From Protoeuglena noctilucae (taxonomy: Eukaryota), in the NCBI GenBank assembly GCA_958009085.1, contig OY253668.1:310001-374000 (forward strand): 64,000 nt of DNA, read 5' to 3'. Below the pieces are notes generated by a model. That model worked only from the letters and a program-made list of their open reading frames with translations, made no database searches and was not told the DNA's origin. Each line of letters begins with the position of its first letter. Position 1 is the first letter of the stretch. The position numbers were made by a program, and so were the translations under genes. Below are positions 13,601 to 25,877 of this stretch, piece by piece.

Positions 13601-13858
13601 CCAAACGCGGTGCGGGACCTGCCGGGCAGCGCAGGACGCAGGGCCAAGTTGCAAGAGACCGGCAAAAGGCGGGCGGCGAGGCGGGGCGCGCGTAGGAGCG
13701 TGTCAGGGGCAGGGAGTGAGGCGGAGGCCCCCCCAGCCAAGCGCGCGCGACAGGCGACGATAGACGCCTTCCTGTCGCCTCCCAAAGAGGGACCCGGAGC
13801 TCGGGATTCGGATCCGTGCCATGCGGAGTGCCCTCCCTGCGCATTTGACGCCCCGTGA
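10669..13858 (+). CDS. DTL: Denticleless/Cdt2 WD40 protein (CRL4 substrate receptor)
   Basis: LLAVADEDGY, WRAHENAIFDLCW..IVTASADHS|IRLWD, HHGTVKCV..LASGGRDGVVALWDTR, FFVKCCFSPCGDWLLCGSSD, LEGHAGEVSSVAW..LATASDDGTVRVW, followed by a disordered tail. Confidence 0.85.
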
Positions 13859-14092
13859 GGCAGGGTGCCGCGACTGTTGCTGCCTTTGAACGCGTCACGA
13901 CGCAAATCACTCCACGAGGCGCTAGTCGCACACAGCAGTTGCAACACAGCGATCGCTAAGCAGCCGTGCGATAGCTAAGAGCAGCCTTGCCACCTCCTGC
14001 GGCCCCAGCTGCCTCACTGTGCCAGCCATACTGAAGCACTGGAGAGCGCACTCTAGGTCATGAACTAAACTTGACCTCTCACCGCCCTGCGG

Positions 14093-16599
14093 TCACATGA
14101 ACGTCACGAAATGATCCAGCGCGGCCGTCACGTCGCTTGCGCGGCGCACACCCGTTGCATGCCTGAAACACAGCCGGCGCTCGCCTGGCACGCCAGAGTC
14201 GGGAGCGTACTTCGGGCGCTCAGAAGAGGCTCCGTCAGAGTCGGACGAGGCCCCCACCGAGTCAGCGGCTCCCAGCAGGAAGAGGACGGCCCGGAGGAGC
14301 CGGGCCATGAACCCCGCGACCCCCCACAGCACGGCCGCGGCCAGGCGCAGGAACGCAAGAGTCGCGTGCTGCGGCAGGGAGACATCGGTCGGTTAGTGCA
14401 TGTTCATAATGTTTCCATTGTGGCAATAAAACAAATCATCATGGTTTTGATCTTTTGCTTGTCGTTGCTCAATTAGAATCTCTGTCTTAGTGGACCGTGA
14501 AGTGGAACAGACGCGCACCTTGGTGACCAAGAGGAGGAGCCAGGCGGCCTGGGGCACGGTGATGGCCGAGGCGCGGAGGAACTGGAAGATCGACACGGCC
14601 AGCAGGTGCCCCAGGTCCGCGATCTGGCTGGCGAGGATGACCATGCGACTCATCCCGACCCTCGACAGCCCCACCAGGAGCTCCCACTGCGACCACGCGA
14701 AGCAAGTTGCATCGACACGTGCATCGGGCGTCGCGAAGCCGGGGCAGCCAGTCTGCCCGGTAGCAGGGGGCATTCAAATGTGAAGGCGATGCTGTGATGC
14801 AAGCACGCCCTTGGTGCTGGTGACCCCGACGCTCACCGTCATTCCGTCCGCGTCCTTCCCCGCGGCGCCGAGAGCCTCCGCCCCCGCGCTCCGCGCTGCG
14901 CTCCTCTTGCCCACGCGGGCCCATGCCGCGCGCAGAGCCCTGGCAGCCGGCGTCCCCTCAGCCACGCAGTCCTCCGCTGCGCCCCGGAACTCCGTCAGCG
15001 CTGCGAAGCGACACACAATAGATGCGGCGTGGAGCACATTTTGCGAGACGGAGATTGCCTCAAGGGAAAAGCTGGGGCACGCACGCCCTGTTGCAGCACT
15101 GCGTCCGCTCACCAAGCGCAGCTGCGCTGAGCGAGCCCCGTAAGACGACTCCGGAGACCACGAGGAGCGCCGCCACGCCGAGCCAGTGCACGACGGCCGC
15201 CTCTCCGGGGGGAGGGGCCAGGGACGGCAGCTGGGGCCGTGACAGGGCAAACTTGGGCAGCGAGGGCAGCCGTGGGAGGGCCAGGCGAGGCCCCGCCGGT
15301 GCCGCGACGATCCCCGTCGCCTCTTGCGCGCCTTCCGTTGCCTCTCCATCCCCCTCCGCAGTGCCGCACTCGGCCCCCGATGCCGCAGCGCCTTCCTCCC
15401 CGTCCCACCCACCCCTCGTCTCTGCCACCTTCCCCTCCGCGCGAGACCCCACCACTTCGTCAAAGAAGTTGAGCAGCGACGTGGCGTCCCGCGCACCCTC
15501 GTGCTTGACCGGCCGCCCGTTCACGCGCGACATGGCAAGGATGGTGGGGAACGTGCGGGCACCCAGGGCGCTGTAGGCGAAAGACCGCGTGCCGGGAAGG
15601 TCCCCACGCAGCTGCGGAACGAAAGGCGGGGGTTCAAGGGGTGTCAGCGCCGGCAGCTGGCCCAGCAGCAGGGACGCGCGAGCGTTACATCGTCCCGCTC
15701 GCTATGCAACAGGCACAGCCAAGCATATAAGCAAGCATGGCTGGCTAGCGCCACCTCGACCGCCACACCGCCTCCCGTCTTCACCTTCGCCACGACGACG
15801 TCCGGGTCGTTGCTGAGGGTGCGAGCCGTGGCCTCAAAGGCGGCCTCCATGTCCTTGCACCAAGGGCACCAGGGGGCATAGACCACCAGGAGCGTGTCGT
15901 GGGCCGCGGGCCGATAGGCCGACGCGCGGGTGAGGTCCTCCACCTCCGCGGCGGACAGCGCCCGGACGAAGGTCCCAGGTCCCTCCCAGAGGTCCGGGAC
16001 GTCGTCCCGGCTGGCCGCAGGGCCGGATGGGGCGGGGCAGCCGGGCGCGGCGCCGGGACGGAGGCGCGCGTGCGGCGGCAGGCGCACGCGCTGACCCTCG
16101 TAGATGGTCGGGCCCTGCCCGGCCCAGCCGTTGGCGGCGCATATGTCTCGCACCGACACGCCATGCTCTACCGCGATGGACCAGAGCGTGTCGCCCGATT
16201 GCACCCTGTAAAGCAGCGCGGGGTGGCCTCCGGTACCTCCTCGGGCGGCCCCTCGGGGGGGAAGCCTCTCCTGCGGGGAGGCGGGCCCTCAACGGCGGTC
16301 GCGTCGCCGAGCCGGGGACAGAGGGGGCGCCGCCGCGTCTGTGTGCTATTTTGGGCCCGCAACGGAGAGATTCGGGACAGGATATGATACTGCTACGCTC
16401 GCGTGCGTTGCAGGCCAGTCACAGGGCCCGCGCTCACCTGAGAGGCGGGCCGATGTGACAAGGGGAACCCCCCGCCGCGAGGCAGAGTCGCGGGCACCCG
16501 GCAGCTTGGGACGTGTCCTTCAAGCTTGAACTGCGACCTCAGCACTCCGGGCCAAGTAACGAGTCCCCCATCGGCCCCGACGGCCGGCCATGCCGCCAT
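14093..16599 (-). CDS. LysM domain + APR-type thioredoxin domain (WCPWC) + transmembrane fusion protein
   Basis: In-phase exons 16599-16438, 16270-15785, 15611-15113, 15000-~14837, ~14752-14519, ~14369-14093. LysM: YRVQSGDTLWSIAVEHGVSVRDICAANG..IYEGQRVRLP. Trx: LLVVYAPWCPWCKDME..VVVAK|LRGD..TFPTIL..RDATSLLNF. TM: VVHWLGVAALLVVSGVVL. The 3' exons are less certain. Confidence 0.75.
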
Positions 16600-17103
16600 G
16601 GCATCCGCAGCTCACAACGGTCGGCGCCTCAGTTGCGGCCGTTTCGCTGGTAGCTAAGGCTCGCAATCAGTGCGAGATGAAAGTAAGAAAATGCGGGGAG
16701 TACATTGCAGATGGAGCGGTCGGTGAGCGGACAGACAGAACCATGCGTCGATGCCAGCCTGCGATGCGTCGTGGACAGCGCCCCGATTCCCGGCGATTGC
16801 GCCCTGCGTACTCCCACATTCATGCGCAGTTCTTGCGACTTGCTCCAGGAAGCGTTTGCCATCCCCTAGCCCTGCCAACTTCGTGACGCTTGGCGTCCCT
16901 GCCACCGGCGGCAAAGCGAGGGCATAGAATCATCACATCCTGGCCGATAGAAGCAGTGCAGTCCCGCGCATCCTCTGGCCAGGGCGAGCACCGCTCGAGA
17001 ACCGTGCCCAGGCATCGGCCACACGCGATTCCTCTGCCCGGAGGATCCTCGACCCGCACGCGGGGGCGTTGACACGTCGCTGTTGGCTTGAAAGAACTCC
17101 AGC

Positions 17104-19012
17104 ATGCCGCAGGATGAGGAGCGGTGCGCCCCTTCTTCCGGAGGAGCCCCAAGCACTTCAGGTGCTTCCAGCCCCAGCCGCGGGCAATACGCTTGGCCGC
17201 GACTGCGCGGACAGCAATATCCACGTTGCTTGCTGCTGTACGTTTCTGCGTACCGCCGCTGCATCCCCGATGCACGGAGAGCTGTCCGTGTGTTCATGTC
17301 TTTTGTAATTGCGCACGCAGGCCGCGAATGGGGGCTGCGGGATGCGCCGTCGCTGCCTTCGCGCATGCGGGCGGATAGGATTCCATGGGCTGCCGCCACT
17401 CGCGCTGCGGAAATCGACGCAGGGGTCATGCACCGGGTGCTGGCGGCCGCGGGGGCGTCCGTGGTGGCAGGGCTGGTCGTGAATCCGCTCGACGTCGTGA
17501 AGACGCGGCTGCAGGCGCAAGAGGCGCTTCTTGGTGGGATAGAGAAATCACTCCCCAAGGACGGTCCCCTCACCCGGCGGTCCCTGCACCCTCTCCTGGA
17601 CAAGGCGAGCGTGGCATTTGCATCCAGTGACTCCCAATCCGACTTCGTTGTTTCGACACAAACTGATTGCATCGCCGTTCATGGTCGCAGTGGGGGATCT
17701 CGGCCTGCTCGCCAGAGTGCTTCTCCGCAGCCCTCACGCCACCTACCCAGCGCCCCACCCTGCAAGCCACGGCAGCCGCGCTGGCCCAAGCCCGGCCCAC
17801 CCCCTGCGTCGAGCCGCAATGCGACATCTACCACTCCAGCTGGGACGTGGTGCGCAAAGTCGTCAGGTGCGATGTTGGCTTGGTGGGAAGTCCTTGCAGG
17901 CATGTGTTCACTAAATCGTTCCCTCTTACGCTACCAATGCTTCGTTTACGTACTTTGACAGCCTGTTTCACGGCCAGCATGCGCCGCTGGTGTTGCACAC
18001 CAGCAACCGTTGCTCCTTGGCCACCTCCACAGGCGCGAGGGTCTCCGTGGTCTATGGAAGGGCACCCCCGAGGCGCTGCTGATGGCGGTGCCCCTCGTGG
18101 GAGTCTATCTGCCTGTCTACGACGCTCTGCTGCATCGCCTGGCGCAAGCAGGGCCCGAGGCGTCCTTGTGGGCCCCTCTGGTGGCGGGCGCCGTGTCGCG
18201 CACCCTCTCGGTGGTGTGCGTGGGGCCGCTCGAGCTGCTGCGCACGCAGTCCCAGGCGTTCTCCAGGACGCACAGCGCGGCCAACCACCGGCGGGGGGTC
18301 CGCGCCCCGCCCTTATGGACGGTGCGCCGGCTGTCTACGATGTGGACGGGGGTGTCAGCCACGCTCGCCAGGGACGTGCCCTACAGCGCCCTGTACTGGG
18401 CCGGGGTCGAGTGGGTGCGGGCCCGGATGCTGGACCGCCTGGGCGACGAGGCGCTGACCACGGGGCAGGTGCTGAGCATATCGACGGTGGCGGGGGCTTC
18501 GTCAGGGATGGTGGCGGCGGCAGTGACTACCCCGCTGGATGTGATCAAGTCGAGAATGCAGCTGGCGCCGCTGCTGTCCGCCCGGCCCACTGCCGCCGCC
18601 GTCAGCGCAGCCCCGGGGCTCGCTTTCGCGGGGGATGGCACCGGCGCCGTCGCTTGCGGGCATGGGCAATCTGGGCCAGGCGCACAGAGGTGAGCGACGC
18701 GGTGCACGCGTGGCTGTGGCTTCACGTGTTACTACATTCATTCTCACATTGATTCTCACCGTCGAGCATGTGGTGCAAGTCATGACCACTTACACCCAGA
18801 CTCTCCTCAGCACATGGTGTCTTCATTCCCGCAGCCACGGTGCGCCGCGCCGCATGGGATTCTTCGAAACCGCGTCACGCATTCACGCGGAGAGGGGCGT
18901 GAAGGGTTTCTTCGCGGGGTGGGGTCCGCGGTCGTTGCGGGCAGCTCCCGCGTGTGCCATCGTGCTCGGCACCTACGACAGCTTCAAGATGTGGCTGGCC
19001 CACCACGTCTGA
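17104..19012 (+). CDS. MTM1: Mitochondrial carrier, SLC25A39/40 (MTM1) type
   Basis: Carrier signatures PLDVVKTRLQ, PLELLRTQSQ, PLDVIKSRMQ, plus a Cys-containing loop in repeat 1, ARDVPYSALYW and RAAPACAIVLGTYD. Confidence 0.88.
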
Positions 19013-19135
19013 CATACAGCCATGGAGATGCCCATGGTCACAACACCGCTCTCTTCGTGTCGTATCATTCCGAACAGAGCAGCGTCGGCTTGCTGCTTCG
19101 CCCAGAGCTGAGACTTGAACTCTTGCAACGCCCTG

Positions 19136-21267
19136 CTAGCTGTCCGACAACACGCGCCCGCCCTCCGCTGCCGGCGCGTGTGCCCTGGCGCCCCGCTTGT
19201 GCCCTTTGCCCTCCTCCAGCCCAGCTTCGGCTGCGGCCGCGGCCTCGTCCAACAGCCGGCGCACGTCAATCCCTCTCCCTCCGTCGTGGGGGTCGAGGGT
19301 GAGCACTCCCACTTTGATCATTTCGTGCTCCATGCGGAAGTAGAGCCACTGCCACCGCCGAAGGCACTCAATTGCGCCAGACGTGCTGCGTGCCACCAGG
19401 ACTCGGGGGCAGTCAAAGCACCGCAAGGCACCTCCCAAGATAGCTCAGACGACGCACAACAGCCGCGACTGTGCATCCCACCCACACGCTCAGCAAGCTG
19501 TTGGCTGAGTTGGCGACCACTGCCCGCATGGCAAGCGTGCTGTGCGACAGGCTGCGGCACATTGGCCCCGCGGCTCGTCGCAGCCCTCACCTGAGCACGA
19601 CGGGGTCGCTGCGGAGGTGCGGGGCGAGCTTGAAGAGCCACAGGATGCGCATGGCCGCATTGGACACGGTGGCGAGGAGGTAGACCCACGTCTGGCGGAA
19701 CATGGTGGGCCGGCTTGCCACGAGCATCTGCGCGACGGAAGCGGGCCGCGGGGGCGGGAGAGCGCCCGGGAGCGAGTCGGGTGGCGGCAGCAGCCCCCAG
19801 TCGCGCTTGACGTCCCAGAAGATGGAGAAGGCCGAGTTGACGACGGCAGATAGCACCCACAGCTGCAGGAGGCCCCCGTGCCAGGCATCTGCCGTGACAT
19901 GGAACTGCACGGCGAGAGACGGGGCAATACGGGTGGGTGAGCTGGGTAAATGGGAAGACGTGCTCCTTTGACTGGCGCCGCAGCACCACCCGCCCCTCTG
20001 GTGTTCCTGCCTGCGCTGTCTTTGACCCAGTCAAAGTCCCGTGCACCACCCACTCGCCACCCACTCGCCTTGGCAGAGGACAGAAATATGACGGGGAGCG
20101 CAGACGCGTACTTGAGGGCGTTGGCGAGCTGGTGCGCGTGGCCCTGGGCGTGCATCCACAGGCACTGCACCAGGCGCAGGAGGGAGGGCAGGGCGAGCGC
20201 CATGGCGATGCCCCAGGCGGAGTTCAGGCAGACGTCGTCCGGAGAGCCCCACTGTGGGCGGCGAGGTGCGGGCTGAGAGCTCAGGACCCTCAGTGGGATT
20301 GACAGGGTCCAAGTGAGCCCCGTTGATGCCCGCCATCTCGGGGCGCCCGTGAGACCCGAGCGCGGCACTGTGCGGCGCTTGCCCTGGGGTCCAAGGGGTC
20401 CAACAGCGCCTGGCTCCGGTGGACGGTGAACCGGCAGAGGGCGCGCTCGGCGTCCGCGATGCTCTTGGCGAGGCTCGTGAGGATGTCCGCCAAAAGGAAG
20501 TCGGCAAAGTTGACGGGGCTGACGGGGGCCAGCACTCGTGCGAGGGTGCGGAGGAAGCCCATGCGCGCACGCCTATGGAGAACGTCGAGCGGAAAGAGCA
20601 GCACTGTGGGGGAGGAGGGTGCAGGGCAGGTGTGATGCCTGGTGAGGCGCAGTGGGCAGGCGCAGTGGGCAGCGTTGCTTCACAGAGCACCCACCGCCAC
20701 CCACCGGCAAAGGGAAGCAGGGACGCAAAGACAGGGTGAGCGAGCGGGACGTGGTATGCTGTCTCCGTCGGGCCGCGGATGGCGGCTGCGGAGGCGGCAA
20801 ACGCGGCCGCGCCCGTGGCGACGGCTGCCGTCACGGCCGACGCCAGGTCGTAAGCGATGGCGCTGGAGGGTAGCAGATGCGCGGCGTCGCCGAAGCATGC
20901 GGCAACGTCCGCCCCGAGGTCCTGCCAATGGGACAGCGCCAATGCCCAGAGCCATGCCATCAGGAGAGGTGGGAAGAAGGGCTGGAAGTAAACGAGGAAG
21001 AGCTGCCAGGACTCGCTGGGCATGGCCTGCGAATAAAGAAAGTTCCAGGGTCAGAACGCGCGTGGGTATCCAGGGCGACCCTCGCCGGGCGCCGCGCTGA
21101 GGGCTCACCTGGACGGAGCGGGCGACGAGGACGAGGCACAGGGTGGACCACAGCAAGCCGGCCGTGGCGGCGGCAGGGAGAGGGAGCCATGCAAACCTCT
21201 CGGCCCATAATTTGGGCGCCTTGCTCCGGATCGAGCCCCGCTTGACCCTCGCTGCCCGTGGCGGCAT
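19136..21267 (-). CDS. EXS (ERD1/XPR1/SYG1) domain membrane protein without SPX
   Basis: VNFADFLLADILTSLAK, LRLVQCL, LANALKYAS, FSIFWDVKRDWGL, MRILW, ECLRRWQWLYFRMEHE. Confidence 0.85.
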
Positions 21268-21756
21268 CCTGGGAGCCGGCACGCGGGCTTGGTTGACGTA
21301 CACGTCCCATGGTCGAAATGAGAGTAACAAAACAGACGAACGGAGGCGCTTGTTCGTCGAGTAAACGCCCCAACGCGGCTGCCACACCTCGCCACGCGAT
21401 GTTCGGAGCCGCACGGGCCACGACGCCGCGCCTCAGGTCATAGCCGATGGCCTCGTCGATACCGTGGAAATCAGAGTATCCATCGCCCGCTAGACATCTA
21501 TCCGAGGGGGGTAGGCGCACAGGAGTCCCGCCAACCCTAGCGAAGCGCTGCAGAGCTGTCCACCCGTGGACGCACAGCGCTGCTCGGAGCCACGGGCTGG
21601 AGGTTGGGACTTCCCGACCATCTCTACGCGTAGCGACGCCTTTCACAAGGGGGGGCATCTGACAGCATCTGGCATCCGTTTCAACGGCCATCCGGGGGCA
21701 AAAGCGCAGCCCGAATCGACTCCAAGATCCTGCCTGATCGGGGTACGCGAGGCGCA

Positions 21757-23531
21757 TCAGAAGTAATCGCGGGGGTCGGCCACGACGCCCTGCAGGGCGG
21801 ACGCCGCCGCCGTGTAGGGGGAGGCGAGGTAGATCTGCCCCTCCTTGTGCCCCATGCGGCCGGGGAAGTTGCGGTTGGTGGTCGACACGCACACCTGCGG
21901 CTCGTTCATCCGCGCGAACGTGTCCCGGGGGCCCCCCAGGCACGCCGCACAGGACGGCGCCGCGGGCGTCACGCAGCCCGCCTCCTCGAAGATCTGGGCC
22001 GCCGTCTTGCCGTCGCAGCCGGGCACGGGGACAGTGTAGACGTCCGCCCACACCTGCTGCGTCGCCGGCACCAGGTACGTCGGGACCTTGACCTGCGAAC
22101 CAGGGGCACAGGGCGGTCGTTCGCGTCGCTCCCGCACGCGCCGGCCCCGGTCGCCAGGGGCCCCCGCAGAGCCTCGCCTGCTGCTTGGCGCGGTGCAGGA
22201 TCTTGGCCGCCGCGAAGAAGTCCTCGGTCTTGCCGCCCGTGCAGGACCCGATGTACACGCGGTCGATCTTCTTGTCCCGGCACTCGTGCGCCGTCTTGCG
22301 GTTGTCGGGCGAGTGGGGCGCCGCCACGACCGGCACCAGCTTCTCCACGTCGATGTGGTACGTCTTGAGGTACGTGGCGTCGTCATCGGCGTAGATGGGC
22401 TCGTAGGGCTCGTCCGTGCGCGCGTCCAAATAGTCGAACGTGATCTTGTCCGCGGGGATGATGCCGTTCTTGCCGCCGGCCTCGACGACCATGTTGCAAA
22501 TGGTCATGCGCTCCTCCATGTTGAGCGACTGGATCGCGGAACCCGTGAACTCCATGGCCTTGTACGTGCCCCCGGACACCGTGATCTCCCCGATGATGTA
22601 GAGGATCAGGTCCTTGGCCAGGATGTACGGCGGAATCTTGCCGTCCAGCACGAACCGCAACGTGGGCGGCGTCTTGATCAGCAGCTTGCCCGTCCCCAGG
22701 ATGAAGCCCGCGTCCGTGTTGCCCACCCCAGTGGCGAACTGCCCGAACGCCCCCGCGTTGCACGTGTGCGAGTCGGTGCCGAACAGCACCTCACCCGGCT
22801 GCGGAGGCGGGAGCGCGCGGGGCCTGGTTCGGCGCGCGGCGGCGCGAGGGCGGGGCAGCAGGCGATGGCGGGCGCCGGCCTCGCCTTGCAGTGCCCCTCC
22901 TCCGCCAGCGCAATGTGGCACACGCCCTTGTACTTGGGGTTCGCGCGGAAGTCGCTGCGGTCGGTGATGTCGTAGAAGTACTTGATGTTGTACTTCTGCA
23001 CCATCTCCCGCAGGATGTCCACGTTGCGGTTGGCGCGGGCGTCGGACGTGAAGATGTAGTGGTCGGGGATGATCACGACCCGCTCCCGGTCCCAGACCTG
23101 CGCGTTCTCCCCGAACTCCTTCTGGAAGATGCCGAAGGTGCCAGGGCCGCACACGTCGTGCGTCATCAGCTTGTCCACGTTGACCCAGATGTTGTCCCCC
23201 GGCCGCACCGACGCGTTGTTCGACTTTTTGGCCAAAATTTTCTCCGTCGCCGTCATAGCCCGCTGCGTGCGCCGCGTCGGGGAGGCGTTCGGCCGCGCTG
23301 AGGCCACCGCGCAAGGGGCGGCCACTGCGGCCAGCTCCCACCTTGACCGTCCCCGTGCTCGCAGTGCTGCGCGTCGGGGCCGGCGCCTGGACGGCCTGCA
23401 CCCGCACGGTGAGCGTCCGCGACGCCATGCCTGCAGGCGAAGGGGCGGGCTAGGGCATGGGACCGCGCCGTGCCCCACCGCCTACCCGCGCGGGCGGGAA
23501 GGGGGACGCGGGGGGCCAGAGCAGGAACCAT
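21757..23531 (-). CDS. leuC: 3-isopropylmalate dehydratase large subunit, plastid-type
   Basis: [65 protein letters not shown]. Two GC-AG introns. Start (23531 vs 23428) is uncertain. Confidence 0.95.
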
Positions 23532-24199
23532 GCACGTCGCGGAGAGGCTGGCAACGGGCGCGGAGGAGCGTGTCCCGAGGCGGGAGAACGGCTTAGGAAT
23601 GGCTCCAATGGGTGAGCCACGCCGCGCGCCCCCCGAAACGCGGCCAGGTGGGAATCCGAGGCGATCCCTGGATTCGTCCGCGATCATTCGACGGGTTCCG
23701 CGATGCCCGCCGAGCTCGCGGGCCTCGGACGAGCGCAGCGGCAGCCCGGCCCTCAATCGCGCGTCCGGCGAGGGCTCGACGGGCTGCCGCCGACCAGGCA
23801 ACCGCGACAGGCAAGAGAGGAACCCGGGACGCGTCCTCCGTCGGCGACCCCCCGAATCTGCGGCTCACCTCAGCGGCCGCCTCTCTGGACAGGGGGGATT
23901 CCCCAGCGACGTCGACGGGGTGCGAGGATGATCTGAAGGACACATGCGCGGCAAGGGACGGTCCTTCTGTGTGGGGACGATGATCCGGGTTTTGCCCTGC
24001 CAGTACACTTTGTCATACCGACGCCGTCGGCGACGGCTCCCGCGCGAAAAGGATGCCTGTGGGCTGCACCCGGGAAGCTCAACGACGTCCCTGCAGCGAC
24101 GCCGTCCTTCCGCGACAGCTGAGGACCGCTGGGGAGTGGAGGCGCACGGTTTGACGAAAAGGCCTCGCGTCACTCGCTTTCGGGTGGTCGCCGAGCAAG

Positions 24200-25658
24200 A
24201 TGGCCGCGAAGATCTACGTCGGTGAGCGTTCGCGCGGCTGCTGGGGCCGTCCCGTCGCCCAGGGGGCGACGCTGCCGAGGACGAGCGTTGAGGGGCCCCG
24301 GGGCGTGCTCCTTGCCCCAATGTCGTCTCCTCTCGTTTCGATGGAGCTACCGGGGCTCTGCAGAAGAGCGGGGGGCGGCTGGGGGGCCCGCTTTGTCGCC
24401 CGGCGCCTTTCTCGCGCCGCGGGACCTCCACCGGCCGCCCGGGCCCCGCAGGGAACCTCCCGAAGGATCTGTCGGAGGAGGAGTTCAAGGACTTGGAGGA
24501 TGAGATCGAGAGGGAGTTCTCTCGCTACGGAAAGATTGCCAAAATTTGGGTGGCGCGCAGGCCGCCCGGCTTTGGTGAGTTCCGACCCAGGACACTGCGA
24601 CGGAGGTGCCGGTGACGTCCGCCAGGGACCTTGGCCACTCGGCGCGTCGGTTGCTGCCCTACACGTCCTTCCCCGGCACGCGTGCATCCCTCCGCCGCGT
24701 CCTCTCGTCTCCCTGACGACCTCTGGACCCTGCCTTGCTTCTGCGTCGACCCGGCTCGTCGGCAACGGACGCCGTTTCGCCCCCCGCCCAAACCATGCTT
24801 CGCCTGTCGCCGCGTCCCTGCCTTTCGCCCGTTCTGCCGCTCCACACCGCATCGCCGCCTTTCGCCGACGACGATGCCCCGCTTTGACCCGCCTGCGTCG
24901 CCTGATCTCCCCCGCGGCCAGGTACGCCGGGTGCTCGTGCTCCCGAGCCAGACGTAGCACCAGGCAGGGTCGCGCCCGGTTCGCCCATCTGTCAGCGTCC
25001 ATCCGCACCTGTAGCGTCCATCCGCACCTGTTGTCCCCGCCGCCGCGGCAATTGCTGGGAACCCCGCCCCGTCCCGCAGGCTTCGTGGAGATGGACGACG
25101 AGCGGGACGCCGATGAGGCCGTGGCAAAGCTCGACCGCCACAAGAACTGGGTCGTCGAGAGGTCGCGCGGGGGCAAGGTGAGGCGCAGCGGTGGCATCGG
25201 GATGTGATGTGGTGCGGAGCGTGTTTGTTTGGCTGGGGCTGGGCTGAGGGCCTGTCGTGTGGCGCGCGCAGAGGGACCATGGGTTCCGGGGCGGCGGGCC
25301 GGGCGGCTACAGCGACCGCGGCGGCTACGGCGGCGGCTACGATCGCGGGTACGACCGTGGGTACGACCGCGGCGGCTACGACCGCGGCGGTTACGACCGC
25401 GGTGGGTACGACCGCGGCTACGACCGCGGTGGCTACGGCGACCGCGGCGGCGCCCCTCGCGGGAGGGATGCCCCGCGGTACCGCGACCGCGGCTACGAGG
25501 ACCGGGACCGCGGCGGCCACGACCGCGTCGACGACCGCGACCGTCCCCGGGAGAGGTCCCGGTCCCCCGCTCCCCGTGGGTCCCCCCGCCGCTCGCCGGT
25601 GCCCGAGCGCCGCTCGCCGTCGCCCGAGCGCGACATGCGTTCGCCCCCGCGCGACTAG
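24200..25658 (+). CDS. SR splicing factor (SRSF3/7/RSZ-like RRM) with YDRG repeat
   Basis: MAAKIYVG|NLP..FSRYGKIAKIWVARRPPGF|GFVEMDDERDADEAVAKLD..WVVERSRG, followed by an RS/SP tail. Confidence 0.88.
25302..25452 (+). repeat. Coding tandem repeat (12/15-nt units) encoding YDRG/YDRGG
   Basis: Repeated tacgaccgcgg(cgg) units. Confidence 0.9.
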
Positions 25659-25677
25659 GCCGGGCCTTTCTTGTCCC

Positions 25678-25877
25678 NNNNNNNNNNNNNNNNNNNNNNN
25701 NNNNNNNNNNNNNNNNNNNNNNNNNNNNNNNNNNNNNNNNNNNNNNNNNNNNNNNNNNNNNNNNNNNNNNNNNNNNNNNNNNNNNNNNNNNNNNNNNNNN
25801 NNNNNNNNNNNNNNNNNNNNNNNNNNNNNNNNNNNNNNNNNNNNNNNNNNNNNNNNNNNNNNNNNNNNNNNNNNNNN
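25678..25877. other. Assembly gap (200 N)
   Basis: Run of n characters. Confidence 0.99.

Noticed and set aside
25302..25452. Short repeat array as CRISPR
   Set aside because: There are no unique spacers or cas genes; it is an in-frame peptide repeat.
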